64,000 nt of DNA, from assembly GCA_946965045.2 (NCBI GenBank), contig OX337229.1:620001-684000 (forward strand). The letters run 5' to 3'. A program made the position numbers and the translations under genes. The stretch comes from Epithemia pelagica (Eukaryota > Protista > Bacillariophyta). Positions 41,199 through 53,043 of the stretch are shown one piece after another (position 1 is the stretch's first letter; every line of letters begins with the position of its first letter). The notes beneath the pieces were generated by a model, which worked only from the letters and a program-made list of their open reading frames with translations, searched no databases and was not told the DNA's origin.

Positions 41199-42868
41199 CT
41201 AATGAGCGGATGATCCGGTTGTTTGGCCAGACGGTAGTTGTGGAAGTTCCAGTTCGCCATGTTCTTCGTCGTCACCTTCCTGTTCATCTTCATTTAGCAT
41301 CTTTTCCAGTTCTTCGGGAGCAATGCTATCACTGACCGGTGCCGACGGTCCACCGTGTCCATGGTCACCACCTCCCTTTTTCTTTCCCCCAAAGTTGAGA
41401 ACCATGGCCGTCACACTAATGAGAAGACCGGTGCCTTGAATGGCATTGAGATGATGGCCATAAAAGTAAATGGAGGCGCACAAGGTCGTGACTTTTCGGG
41501 CCAATCCAATGATACTACACGTGAGTGCCCCAAACTTGGCAATTGTTACAAAGATAAAGACTTGCCCCAAGGCTCCACTGAGGCCCAGACCAATCAAGAG
41601 AAAGCCCATTTCTTGGACCAATTTGATGAACACGTGTACTTCATTGAGAACCAGCAATCCAATACCGGCCAAAATCGTCTTGCCCAGTTGAATGTTGTAC
41701 ATCAAGTCAAAGGGTTGAACGGAATGAACACTCATGAGTTTGTCTTCGTATGCCCCCGTTCCTCCGTCAAAGCACAAGGATATGAACAGCAATACGATTC
41801 CAATTATTTGAGACGGCGAGTCCATCTCGTTTCCCTCGTCATTTGTCTTTTTCGTTTTGTCCCCACCTCCCATGAACAAGGCTACACCTCCGACAATGAG
41901 ACAAACATTGATATATTTGCGAAGTGGATCTGCGGTTGACGAGAATTGGAACATGTTCAGTCGAAACGTCCAGAGGCACGTTCTCCCTGGGCTGTTGGTT
42001 GTACTTACAAGATTTCCCCATCAAAGCTCCCATTAGCATGACAGGTACGGGCTTGCAGCTTTTGGCAAGCACTTGGATAGGATAAATCACGTATCTAGGA
42101 AGGAAGGTTGGAAACGATTAGCGTTTCGTACCACAAAATAAATGAGCAGCATTCGACAGAAGACTCTCCACGTACGTACCTGAGGGATCGAACCGAGAAA
42201 AATGTGGAACCCATGCTGGTGAGACCCAAAATGGCAAATCGTGCCGGTGGTATTGTGGTGGGTGTTTCATCACGGACGTAACGACCGGCGGCCGCCGTGA
42301 GGGTATAGAGAGCACTCGTGACAAACAAAAAGGACAATTCATGAAGTTCATTGTCACCCGAAGTGGCCCATTCCAGTAGCAGTCCATAACAAACAAAGGA
42401 GGCCATGATTCCCAAAAAACAAACCAGCAACCAAACCAACTCATGCGTTTTGGCCGAGGACGGTGATGTACTCGACAGGATTTCGACTGGTTTGGTGGCC
42501 AATGGATCGTCTCCATGGGGAGGAGGTTGGCTTTCATGAAGGGAATTGTGGTGTGGTCGATCGCCCGTATGCGGTAGGAGTGAATTGTCGTTGACCAAGG
42601 TGGCTGTTGGAAGAGTGCCATCCGGTTGCTGTGTGGCTGCATGTTCTTCCTCGGTCTCATATTCCAAGGAGGGATTCATGACGGTCGGTTGTGACACATT
42701 TTGCGCTTCTCGTTGATCCGCAACTATCCGGGAATCATGATTGGCCTTGGTGATGGATGAGGATGTGGCATCGGGTATGGCAGCCGGAGGGTTCCGTGGC
42801 TTGCTGGTCACACCAGCACCTCCAGCCGTCAAAACAGTCACCTGGGGTCGATGGGGATCCATTCTCAT
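41199..42868 (-). CDS. UAA-family nucleotide-sugar (UDP-Gal/UDP-Glc) transporter, SLC35B1-like, 3 exons
   Basis: Exons 42868-42180, 42094-42009 and 41929-41199; introns 85 and 79 nt with GT-AG ends. Spliced product reads SLRYVIYPIQVLAKSCKPVPVM...KSYPLRKY...FDGGTGAYEDKL...KFGALTCSIIGLARK. Confidence 0.9.
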
Positions 42869-43469
42869 CGATCACAATAAGTATACTTTGGGAAGAGCGC
42901 GTTGTCAAGGCAGATGCATTTACAGATCACTTGAGATATGTTTGTCAATGGAGCTCGTCTGGTGGATTTGCGATGATAAATGATCTTGTCTCGTCACTGG
43001 TTGTCCTTCCCGGTGGTTGTTTTGTGCAATTCTTCCTTCCATGGTTATGGATGCAGAGTCGTCCGGCCGCGTGACGGCTCGCAAACTACTGCCCACGTCT
43101 TTTTCGCAATGTCGGTCGATTCATTGCAAACATTATGGCCCTATGTGGTCAGTGATATGGTTCTCTCACAAATCTGTCATTATCGTGGAGGGAGAGTCAT
43201 TCGTCCAGTCACGGATGCAACGAAACCGTGGATCAATTATTATTGTATTGTGGGGAAAAGACTATCTTGGAGGACAAAGACTTTGGCAGTGCAATCTATA
43301 TCCAATAGTATCCTGGGCAAGAGAGGAAATATGAAACTGCTTATCATATTGCATGCATCCGGTGGTACATCAGTCGTCCCTGGTCTCTCTATGCAAGAGG
43401 CTAGCTAGAACCTTTCGAAGCTCTCATGTCAGAGGGAGTCGTTGCAGTACATAGTGTGTAGGTAGCTAC

Positions 43470-44096
43470 CTAGGAGGACTTTTGGTTGGCCAGCACTTGT
43501 TGATCCACGACGGCCACGAGTACCGACGCCAGGCAAAAGAGAAATTCATTCCGAGCGCTTGCCACGACGGACGTCCACGGCACGGACAAGTGAATGGACA
43601 TGACCAGGGGAAAGAGAATGGCGGTCCCCAGAGCCGAGACGGCTGGCAAGAGACGATTGTTCTTCTTGTTGTCGTTGTCGTCGTCAGTTTCTGGTTTGGA
43701 TTGTGTATTGGCCCACGTCGCCACAAGGGCCGAGACGGCGACAAAGGTGGCGACAAAATCGACATTTTGGGTCACGGCCAATCCACCCAAGGAGACAAAT
43801 CCAAAGGCCAAATCATTGTATCGGGGAATGGACGACTCGGTTGTGTATTCATAGTCACGGTTTGGTTTTGCAGGCAACACGGTTGTGGTTGTGGTTGCTG
43901 CTCGGTTCGGCAGGGCCGCCGTCATTATTCGTGGGGTGGATTGTACAGCCGCTTCCATGACAACCCGAGAGGATGGAGAAGAACACTGGTCCACGTTCGC
44001 ACGGCATGATGGGAAGGGTAGAAATGCCGTGACAACGGGGCCTCCAGCGGCCAGCATCATGATGCTCAACCATACTCTCCACATTCTCATGAGCAT
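43470..44096 (-). CDS. Unknown membrane protein with bipartite plastid-targeting leader
   Basis: Signal peptide ending VVTA-FLP, a transit-like region, then about four hydrophobic helices. Confidence 0.7.
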   Translation of the reverse strand: MLMRMWRVWLSIMMLAAGGPVVTAFLPFPSCRANVDQCSSPSSRVVMEAAVQSTPRIMTAALPNRAATTTTTVLPAKPNRDYEYTTESSIPRYNDLAFGFVSLGGLAVTQNVDFVATFVAVSALVATWANTQSKPETDDDNDNKKNNRLLPAVSALGTAILFPLVMSIHLSVPWTSVVASARNEFLFCLASVLVAVVDQQVLANQKSS

Positions 44097-44429
44097 GGAG
44101 AGAAGAAGAACGACAGAACAATCTCCCTTTCATCCCCGACTTTGGATTGGCATCAACAAGGGAGTGATGTAAGTAGTGTCCCGAATGCAGATAGGTCGCA
44201 TAAACGGTCGCTCATTGGAATCCTTCCACCTTCGTTTCACGCATTCGACGTCATCTTCTCCGAATTCCTCGCGCACTCTTTTTTTCTCACTCCCTCTTGG
44301 CGGCAGTCCAATGATGCTACCTGCCTAGGATCCTTTTGTCTGTATCGTTGTTGGTGTTGTTGGATTGATCATCATCCTTGTGTTTCTGTCCTCCTCTCTG
44401 GATAGCTTTGGTCCATCATTGTTGCCGCC

Positions 44430-47400
44430 ATGTCTTCCGCTACACCTCCTTTGGATCCCTTGATGGTATCCTCCTCGAACCACAGCAACCGTCCAGTCGA
44501 CACGGCAGGAGGGAGATCGACGACATCGTTGTCATCTTCGTCCTTTCATCCCAATCACATGGAATCAGCAGCCGCAGTTTCGTCGTCGCTTTCGGCTCGC
44601 ACTGCACCTCCTGGCAGTTCTTTGCAAACAACTACTGCTACGAATGCTACTGCTCCCTCCTTGGCTCGGGCGGCTCGAAGTTTGGCGGCCGATCGACGTC
44701 GTCATCGGACTCAAACACGCCACCACAACAATACCCATGGCAGTACCATGCCTCCCAGCACGACGTCGTCAGGAACGGTACCACGGCCACCGACTGTCCC
44801 TTCCAGTTCCCTGCACACCACCACCACGACGACATCCTTTTTGGACGCCAACAGCAGCAAAACTGGTGTAGCACCCTTGCATCATCATCCCTATTCCAAA
44901 CAACCACCACCGCCACCACCACAATCACGCCGAACTCAATCTACCTCGACTCGAAACAGCAATAGCAGCAGTAGGACTCCGAACGAATCGGATTTGTATG
45001 CTTCCTCCTCCGCTCCTACGAATGCCTCCTCCTTTTCCCTCCTGACAACCACCACACCGCAAAAGACGCATCCCGATACTGCTTCGGCGAATCAATCCAT
45101 GTTGTTGGAATCCAGTCGCAAAGCCGGGCAAGTGGCGGCTGCCATTTTGTCGTCGCCTCAATTGCAACCACGCAAACCAACCACCACCACCACAAGGACG
45201 AGCACTACCACTGCATCGTCCTGGACCCACACGGCCACCACCTTGTTTCATCCGTCGTCGTCCTCGTCGTCCATTCACACGGAACCTCCGCCGTCCCATA
45301 CTCCCCGTTCCAAACCACCATTGACAACCACCGACGCAACAACAACAACAATAGCAACTCCTACGGATCATTCCTTGTTGAATCGTTTGGAACGCATTAG
45401 CAATCGCCACCCGACAACAACCACCACAGCAACCACATCACGGGCCCTTTTACACACTCACGACGACGACGACAAGGCGGAGGAGGAGGAGGAGAATGAA
45501 AACGATACAGGCGCAACGACGACGGGGCAGGAATTGTCGTCGTCCAGGACCACCAAGACGGGTGGAGGAGTGCTGGGAGACCCGTTGGAAGAACAAAGTA
45601 CCCATACGGCAACACATCCCAGTAGCATTGTCAGTGCACCCGCCAAGGTGGCCCTCAAATCCACAGCAGCAACCACCACCACCACAACAACAACCGCATC
45701 CTCCCAACCAACACTCCCACCCAGTTCCCTGCGCAAACAACCACGGTTTGCCGTGACACCGGGCAAGGAACCCACCACCGCTAGTCGCATCCTCCACGAC
45801 AACAACCACAGTCCTCCCAAGGACGACCAAGAGGACAATAATGATGCACCCGTGAGAGCCACAACCACTCAAGGGACTTCTACTACTACCAAGACACCCC
45901 GGTTTGCGGTTTCCACCAGCAGTGGAGCAAGTCCCACGCAACCACCATCATCATCGTCTTCCAATCCCAAGAATCCAAAACAGCAGGGCCAAGAAGACGA
46001 GGAGGGTCGTGCCTTGTCGTACGACGAAACCAACAACAACAACACGAGTAATATCAAGGTGACAACGGTCGACCAAGTCGAACCGATTGTCGAACAAGTT
46101 CATGTCGATGCCGCCTGTTTGGAAAATCAAGCAGTCGTACGGTTGCAACCGTATCACATTCACAATCACTATTATACCCAACAACAACAGCAGCGACAAC
46201 AAGATCAAGACGAACTTCAAGATCCGGAACTTTATAATGATTTAGTGCATACCGGTGGCATGGTGGGAACGCCATCCGTCATTCCCACACCCATTGTGTT
46301 GCGGTCCGTCTCGTGGTCGGTCCCCGTCTTGTGTTATGGAGCCTATGTAAAACTGGAATATCATCCCGAACCGACTGCCGACGATGCCACGACGACTTTG
46401 TCGTCCACCTCGTTCTTTGCTGACCCGTCTCCACCGACCATGGCGATTGGTGTTGTGGAAGCCACACATCAAGTGTGTCTCATGACGACGACACGAGGAC
46501 GCGGTGGCAGTAGTAGCGGTAGTTTGGAAAGTCTTGGCGGCGGCGGCAAGAAAACGACCAAACGAAGCAATTCCAATAGCCGCAAGGATCAAGAATGGAA
46601 ATTGTTGTGGCAAGTCTTTCGAGGCGATTCCACCGCACATGTCATGGAAGTGGGTTCGTCCGTGGCCAAACCTCAACGAACGGCGTCCGTAGCCAGCAGC
46701 ATACGGACACCCACCTGTCCCATTCATTCCGGGGACCCCATTGTGTTGCGTCATGTGGCCACGGGTGGTTTGTTGTCCTTTTATTCCGGAGAATGGAGAA
46801 TACTCACAGATTCCTATCAACAAGAAGAAGAACCACCCTTGCCCCTGTCGCAGCAGCACATGAATACTAGTAATATGGTCTTGATGCATCCTCATCAAGC
46901 CATGGCCAATCACGACAAAGTTCCCTTGAATCGTTTGCGCGATCACAATTATATTGTCCCCTCCATGAATGAGGTATTTGCCTTTGTTCTAGACTCTGTA
47001 CCCTGGACCACGGCCTGGCTTCAAGGAGGTCCCTTGGCTTGTCGCAAATTTTTGGTCAAGAGCTATTGGAGATTTCCTGGACGACATGCTGTAAACGAGC
47101 AGGACATGAAACGTAAGGACAGTTCCGATCCTTCCGAAATTCTTGTGGGTCTGAACCAGCTCTGTATGGAAGAACAGGAGTCCATCTGGGGACAAGAATG
47201 CATCCTTTTGGATGAGTTACTGGGATCCTTTTTAGGGTTAGAGGGAACCTATCTCAAGACCAGGGTACACGACAGTACAGATTCCTCCATTCGCGGTCAA
47301 CGAACGAAATTCGTTTTAGATGGAGGCGTCGAGGTTGCCTTTGATCGGGGATTGCGGTCCATGGTGGATGGATTACTCCCCCTGGCCAATCACTTTGTGC

Positions 47401-49325
47401 TGGTGGAAGAATTTATTGCCAAACGACTGTATCGCTTTGAATATGGCACTGTCATGCAAGCACTTTGTGCCTGTCTCGATGGCATGGTTCAAGATTATTC
47501 ATCCTTTATCACAACAATGGAAAACAATTATCGACAATCGGGGTTCATGTCATTGCGCGAATTGCAAGTTCAGACTCAGTCTTGGATGGAGACCTTTGGT
47601 ATTTTGGAAAAGGTGGTCTTTGTGGCAGCCAAGAGAAAAGGAGGGGCCTTGATCAATGGTTTGCGCAAGCTATTGATTCATCATTACCAAGGCAATGAAT
47701 TGGCCGAACGGACCTTACGAACATTGTTGGATGAAGCAAGCAAACCCTTTATGGCAATGCTGCAAAAGTGGCTCGCCAATGGTATTTTGGACGACCCGTA
47801 CCACGAATTCATGGTACAATACAGCCCAGACGCGGAATGGGATGGACGATATACCATGGACCAACCCAATACATTACAGCACTTTTTCCCCACACCGGTC
47901 GAAGCGGAACGTGTTCTGTCCGCAGGACGTTATTGGAATGCGGTTCGAGCTTGTCTGGATGACGAAACAACCTTGACGACGCCTACCTTGAATACGCAAG
48001 ATGCGGCCTTTTCGTTAAAGTACCATGTCAATGGTGCACAAGTGGCCTCGTACATTCAAAGCTTGTATACCAGTGCCTCACAAGCCTTGGTGCGTCTATT
48101 ACTGGAGGAATGCGATCTCATGGGAGCCTTGCAACTCCTGAAACGATACTTTTTGCTCGATCAAGGCGATTTCTTTTTGAATTTCCTGGACGTGGCCGAA
48201 GAGGAATTGTCGCGAGATCCTTCCAAACTTCGTCAATCGCGCATTCAGCATTTGTTGCAAGTATCGGTCCCCATTGCCCGGAATCGAATGATATTGGAAG
48301 AGACGAAACGAATTTCGCCTCTTCAACAACGGTTGCGTCTCTCTCAGGCGGATTTGGCCTGTCGGTTTGCTCCCGACAGCTTGGTGGATGAAATGGATCG
48401 TATTCACAATGACGAACCCTCCACGACTCCTCACCGTCTCGTCTATGCCGCTGCCGGACAAGACCATCCGACCCGAACAGGCGTGGACTTGTTCCTTCTC
48501 GAATTGACTCAAGTTCCCTTCCCTCTGTCCTTGATTCTCTCCGAGTCCAACCTGACCAACTACCGAATGCTCTTTCGTCATTTGTTTTTTGCCAAACATG
48601 TGGAACGCAAACTAGTCATGGTATGGCAAGATCACCTCTCCATGAAAGAGTTTACGTCGGTACGGGGACCCATGGGATCGACCTATCTCCTGCGACAACG
48701 CATGCTTCATTGTGTCCAGAATCTCATTTACTACATGATGTTTGAAGTCATTGAACCCAACTGGTTGGAAATGATGGGCAAGATTTCGTCAGCCTCCTCC
48801 AAAGACAAGACTGTCGATGAAATCATGGATGACCATTGTGAATTTTTGGACCACACACTGGAAGCCTGTCTCTTGACCAATCGTGACTTTGTCCTGGCCT
48901 TTACGCGAGTGATGCAAACCTGTCTGCTCTTTGCCAAACAAATGGAAACCTTTATTGAAAAGGTTCGATTGCACCAAGATCGTCATCAAGTTGCCTTGGA
49001 AAATTTGAATCGCATTCAACAAAATTTGCATGCCCGGGGCAGTGGATTGGAGGGATCGTCCGTGGCAGGTGGAGAACAACGAGCCGAACGACAACGACGT
49101 GTGTCGGTCCAAACACGACGCGTGGAACGGGAAGTGGCCAGTCCGGAATTCCGACGCATGATTGTCCATTACGAAACCACCTTTACCAAACACCTGCGGA
49201 CCTTTATGGGTGTCCTCATCAAGAGCGACGACAAGTATCATACGCAAAAGGTCAATTTGTGCATCCGACTCGATTACAATGGATATGTCACCTCCTCCAT
49301 GGGATTGCTGAGGAGGTCGAGATGA
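44430..49325 (+). CDS. GCP2: Gamma-tubulin complex component 2 (Spc97/GCP2) with a long N-terminal extension
   Basis: LLDELLGSFLGLEGTY, YFLLDQGDFF, FPLSLIL..YRMLFRHLF..KHVER.L, LRQRMLH.VQN..YYMMFEVIEPNW, LCIRLDYNGY. Confidence 0.88.
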   Translation: MSSATPPLDPLMVSSSNHSNRPVDTAGGRSTTSLSSSSFHPNHMESAAAVSSSLSARTAPPGSSLQTTTATNATAPSLARAARSLAADRRRHRTQTRHHNNTHGSTMPPSTTSSGTVPRPPTVPSSSLHTTTTTTSFLDANSSKTGVAPLHHHPYSKQPPPPPPQSRRTQSTSTRNSNSSSRTPNESDLYASSSAPTNASSFSLLTTTTPQKTHPDTASANQSMLLESSRKAGQVAAAILSSPQLQPRKPTTTTTRTSTTTASSWTHTATTLFHPSSSSSSIHTEPPPSHTPRSKPPLTTTDATTTTIATPTDHSLLNRLERISNRHPTTTTTATTSRALLHTHDDDDKAEEEEENENDTGATTTGQELSSSRTTKTGGGVLGDPLEEQSTHTATHPSSIVSAPAKVALKSTAATTTTTTTTASSQPTLPPSSLRKQPRFAVTPGKEPTTASRILHDNNHSPPKDDQEDNNDAPVRATTTQGTSTTTKTPRFAVSTSSGASPTQPPSSSSSNPKNPKQQGQEDEEGRALSYDETNNNNTSNIKVTTVDQVEPIVEQVHVDAACLENQAVVRLQPYHIHNHYYTQQQQQRQQDQDELQDPELYNDLVHTGGMVGTPSVIPTPIVLRSVSWSVPVLCYGAYVKLEYHPEPTADDATTTLSSTSFFADPSPPTMAIGVVEATHQVCLMTTTRGRGGSSSGSLESLGGGGKKTTKRSNSNSRKDQEWKLLWQVFRGDSTAHVMEVGSSVAKPQRTASVASSIRTPTCPIHSGDPIVLRHVATGGLLSFYSGEWRILTDSYQQEEEPPLPLSQQHMNTSNMVLMHPHQAMANHDKVPLNRLRDHNYIVPSMNEVFAFVLDSVPWTTAWLQGGPLACRKFLVKSYWRFPGRHAVNEQDMKRKDSSDPSEILVGLNQLCMEEQESIWGQECILLDELLGSFLGLEGTYLKTRVHDSTDSSIRGQRTKFVLDGGVEVAFDRGLRSMVDGLLPLANHFVLVEEFIAKRLYRFEYGTVMQALCACLDGMVQDYSSFITTMENNYRQSGFMSLRELQVQTQSWMETFGILEKVVFVAAKRKGGALINGLRKLLIHHYQGNELAERTLRTLLDEASKPFMAMLQKWLANGILDDPYHEFMVQYSPDAEWDGRYTMDQPNTLQHFFPTPVEAERVLSAGRYWNAVRACLDDETTLTTPTLNTQDAAFSLKYHVNGAQVASYIQSLYTSASQALVRLLLEECDLMGALQLLKRYFLLDQGDFFLNFLDVAEEELSRDPSKLRQSRIQHLLQVSVPIARNRMILEETKRISPLQQRLRLSQADLACRFAPDSLVDEMDRIHNDEPSTTPHRLVYAAAGQDHPTRTGVDLFLLELTQVPFPLSLILSESNLTNYRMLFRHLFFAKHVERKLVMVWQDHLSMKEFTSVRGPMGSTYLLRQRMLHCVQNLIYYMMFEVIEPNWLEMMGKISSASSKDKTVDEIMDDHCEFLDHTLEACLLTNRDFVLAFTRVMQTCLLFAKQMETFIEKVRLHQDRHQVALENLNRIQQNLHARGSGLEGSSVAGGEQRAERQRRVSVQTRRVEREVASPEFRRMIVHYETTFTKHLRTFMGVLIKSDDKYHTQKVNLCIRLDYNGYVTSSMGLLRRSR

Positions 49326-49841
49326 TCCCAGTACCTTGCGTTTGTCTGAGACGACGACAAGGACTTTGTAGAGTAGCTTTGATTGTTGGGAGAGTTCTAG
49401 ACGAGTTATTTGTAGAAAAGAACGCTTTCATAGAAGTAGGAGGAACTACGGTAGAGGAGAGATGTGGTCGAGTAGTTTCTCCTCGATTCAACATAGAGGT
49501 GCGTGCATAGATCAAGTCCCGCATAAAGATCCATACGAAAATCTTGCGACAAGTCCCGGATACGACCACGTGGACGAAGCGCCGGACGATGATGCGGCAC
49601 AACCGTAGCATGTTTTTTGTTTTTGCGGGCAATGACACTCCCCAAAGTCGAATAAAACAAAAAGGAGACTAAAAGTCTAAGAAACATAGGAGTACCTTGT
49701 TGCTTCTCGCACACCAAGAGCGGATCAAGTTTAAGTACATATATATGGACGACACAGGAGTTGTCTCCTTCTGCGCTCTTTGATCCTCACGTTTTCTCGA
49801 TTCATATAGATCGACGTCACTGCCAAAAGGTTTTAAGAAAC

Positions 49842-51224
49842 ATGGCAGCTTCCACGACAGACTCGAAGCAGCCAACCTCAGACAGCAGCGGCAAGAAGAA
49901 GGATTGGAGTGGAGGCGATGGATTGATTCCAGGTCGTGATGCCTTGGGTCCCTTGTTTCTCATGGCGTCGACACCGTGTTTTGCAATCATCTTTTTTCAT
50001 GTCTGTGCCCACATGGATGGCAACTTTGTCGAGTTTGGTCGTTGGGTATGGAACGAAGGCAGTTTGATTGCTGTCTTGCGACAAATTTGGCCCAATCCTT
50101 GGGAAGGCTCTGTCTGGTGCATGATTTTATCCTTTATGGCCTTTAACTTGCTCCTCATGAAGGTCGTGCCCGGCAAAACCTTTTATGGGACCTTGACGCC
50201 CAAGGGAAATACCCCCGTCTACAAGGCCAATGGCGTCGCATGTTACATTCTCAATGTTGTTGCCTTGTTGGCGTTGGCCCATTTCAAACTATTCAACCCA
50301 GCCATTGTCTATGACAAATTTGGCAACATTCTCAGTAGTATGAACGTCTTTGCCTGGATCTTTTGTACCATGTTGCTCATCAAGGGTTATGTTGCCCCCA
50401 GTTCCACCGATTCGGGAACTACTGGAAGCTTGATTCATGACTTTTACTGGGGTATGGAGTTGTATCCTCGCATTTTGGGATGGGACGTCAAAGTCTTTAC
50501 CAATTGCCGTACCGGAATGATGTTTTGGGTCGTGGGCATTTTGTGTTATTGTTACAAGAACATGGAATTGCACGATGGACAGTTGCAATCGGGCATGGCC
50601 GTGTCGGTGGCGATTCAAATGATTTACTTGTCCAAATTCTATTATTGGGAAATGGGTTACATGTGCAGTATGGACATTCAACACGACCGCGCCGGATTTT
50701 ACATTTGCTGGGGTTGTCTCAACTGGGTTCCGGCCGTCTACACCTCGCAAGCCTTTTATCTCACCTCCCGGGCCCCCGATTTGAGTCCTCCCGTGGCCCT
50801 CCTCATTTTGATTTGCGGATTTCTCAGTGTGTGGATCAATTACGATTCCGATCATCAACGATACATGTTTCGACAAAATAAGGGTCAGGTACGCATTTGG
50901 GGCAATGGACCCCCTCCCCGACACATTGTCGCCGAGTACAAAACGGCGTCTGGTCAAACCAAGACAAGTTTGTTGTTGGTCGATGGGTGGTGGAAGATTT
51001 CTCGTCACTTTCATTACGTTCCCGAAATTATTGCCTCCTTTTGCTGGTCGGTCTCGGCCTTGGATAGTGGATTGGTGGGACCCTACTTTTATACCATTTA
51101 CTTGACCATTCTCTTGACTGATCGGGCCTTTCGAGACGATGATCGTTGTCGCCTCAAATATGGAACCTACTGGGAGGAATATTGTCAACAAGTTCCCTTC
51201 AAAATTGTACCCGGTGTTGTGTAA
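49842..51224 (+). CDS. DHCR7: 7-dehydrocholesterol (sterol delta-7) reductase, ERG4/ERG24 family
   Basis: G...PKGNTPVYKANG, DFYWGMELYPRI, MDIQHDRAGFYICWGCL.WVP..YT, LLVDGWWKISRHFHYVPE, DRAFRDDDRC..KYG.YW..YC..VP.KI.PG. Confidence 0.92.
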   Translation: MAASTTDSKQPTSDSSGKKKDWSGGDGLIPGRDALGPLFLMASTPCFAIIFFHVCAHMDGNFVEFGRWVWNEGSLIAVLRQIWPNPWEGSVWCMILSFMAFNLLLMKVVPGKTFYGTLTPKGNTPVYKANGVACYILNVVALLALAHFKLFNPAIVYDKFGNILSSMNVFAWIFCTMLLIKGYVAPSSTDSGTTGSLIHDFYWGMELYPRILGWDVKVFTNCRTGMMFWVVGILCYCYKNMELHDGQLQSGMAVSVAIQMIYLSKFYYWEMGYMCSMDIQHDRAGFYICWGCLNWVPAVYTSQAFYLTSRAPDLSPPVALLILICGFLSVWINYDSDHQRYMFRQNKGQVRIWGNGPPPRHIVAEYKTASGQTKTSLLLVDGWWKISRHFHYVPEIIASFCWSVSALDSGLVGPYFYTIYLTILLTDRAFRDDDRCRLKYGTYWEEYCQQVPFKIVPGVV

Positions 51225-52048
51225 ATCGTTCCACTCTCTATTATAGTACCACAAGGATTATCCAACATGTCTCGAAATAAGCTAATATCGTTCGTCGAAT
51301 GAACGCATGACATGGTAGAAAATCCGAAAAAACAACTGAAATGTTCCCCTAAACCGAGGTAGTTTCACTCACCAAGACGACGATACGTCCTAATGAGATG
51401 AATACTTTAGGAATGGTTTGTCGATTGAACGTAGGGCGCGATTCATGTTCGGAGAACTTACTGTTGTATCGGTTACTTCAGAATGCAACGTTAACGTGTC
51501 CTGGTACGAGGTAATCAGATGACCCTGCTCCATAGTCTTTTGGTACGTACAGCACTCTCTTCCAAGCAATGCTCATAGGAGCACTTGGATACGAAATGAC
51601 AAGTATAATACACTTCTAGATTCTAGAGATAGAGTCGAATAAACGGACTAGGAGTAACTACTCCTCTAGCTAGAGGGAAGAGCAACCATGACATAGCAAA
51701 CCACTAATGATGACCTAACGACGACTAATAAGCGACAATCATTTTGATTCGAAAGATACGCCGATGATGATGTGATGACGATGATTCCTTCCATCGTCAT
51801 GAAGATTCATTGAAATTGAACCGATAGCGTTTCACCGACAGCGTCTCAAGACCATTGTTGAGCCTTCTGCGTGTGACGGAAGTATTCATTTCCTTGGTCA
51901 AGCATCACATTGTGATCAACACAAAAAGCTGTTCCTCGAGAGAGAAGTTCGAAGAACCTTTTCTAAAAACAGTTCCTCCACATAGGGGATGCTTGGAGAG
52001 AGTCCATAATTTGCAACGACAAGATTCCAAAACTCCAATTGATTCTTT

Positions 52049-53043
52049 ATGAAAGCCTTGTCCAAGGTCTGCCTGGTCACCATGACAACACGTCTTATGA
52101 AAATCAAAAAGATTGCTCCTCACGGTGTGACTCATCCCTTTGGAGATCATCGCTCTGTCCATCAAGCCTTTCCGGCTGCCATTGATACAACCGAAGCCGA
52201 TCCCTTTCTCATGTGCGATTATTTCAACATGGTAGAAACCAAGGGACCAGTGTCTCATCCCGATGATTTTCCGATGGATTGGCATCCCCATCGAGGGTTT
52301 GACATTGCCTCGTATTTGCGGTCAGGCACAGGCCGACATGGTGACTCTTTGGGGAATCGAGAAACCTACAGTACACCGGGGATGCAATGGATGAGTACCG
52401 GGTCGGGTGTGGAGCATGCCGAAGGAGGAGCGTCTCAAAAAGGAGAACGAGTTGAGGGATTTCAAATCTGGATCAATGTGAGCCACTCGAGAAAGCTTCA
52501 ACCACCACGCTATGGGACCGTACCCACCGAACAACTGCCCTTGGTGTCTCTTAATGACAAGGTACAGGCTCGAGTCTTGGCCGGAAAACTGCTACAGGAC
52601 GAAACAACGAAGGGGCCTTTTGAAACAAGCCAACCCGTTCAAATGATTGATTTCGAAGTGTCTCAGGGTGTCATGTCTCGTTCGATGTTACTCTGGGGTT
52701 GGACACGGCCATGTTGTATGTATACGAAGGCACTCTCACCATTAATGAATCGTCCGTGGCCCAGCAGGGCAGCGTGGTCTTGTTCCAGGTCTATTCCAGT
52801 GACAATGAACCAGACGAACGGGACATTTCTCTCACGGCGAACCATGACGTGGATGGCAAGGCACTCTTGTTTGCGGGCAAAAAGTTACACGAACCCATTG
52901 CTTGGCATGGTCCAATTGTCATGAACACTCAAGATCAAATACACTCCACTTTGAAAGAATTACGGTCAGGATGTTTTCCACCCGTGCGGGTGGACTGGGA
53001 TTACAAACGCATTGCTTCCAAACCCAATAACGCCGACAAGTAA
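52049..53043 (+). pseudogene. Pirin-like protein with a single-base frameshift (true lesion or sequence error)
   Basis: DPFLMCD, WHPHRGF, QWMSTGSGVEHAE, GFQIWIN in one frame; LFAGKKLHEPIAWHGPIVMNT in the other. One extra G in GGG (52666-52668) restores QGCHVSFDVTLGLDTAMLYVYEG. Confidence 0.8.

Noticed and set aside
50289-51254. 321-aa minus-strand ORF
   Set aside because: Antisense shadow of DHCR7.
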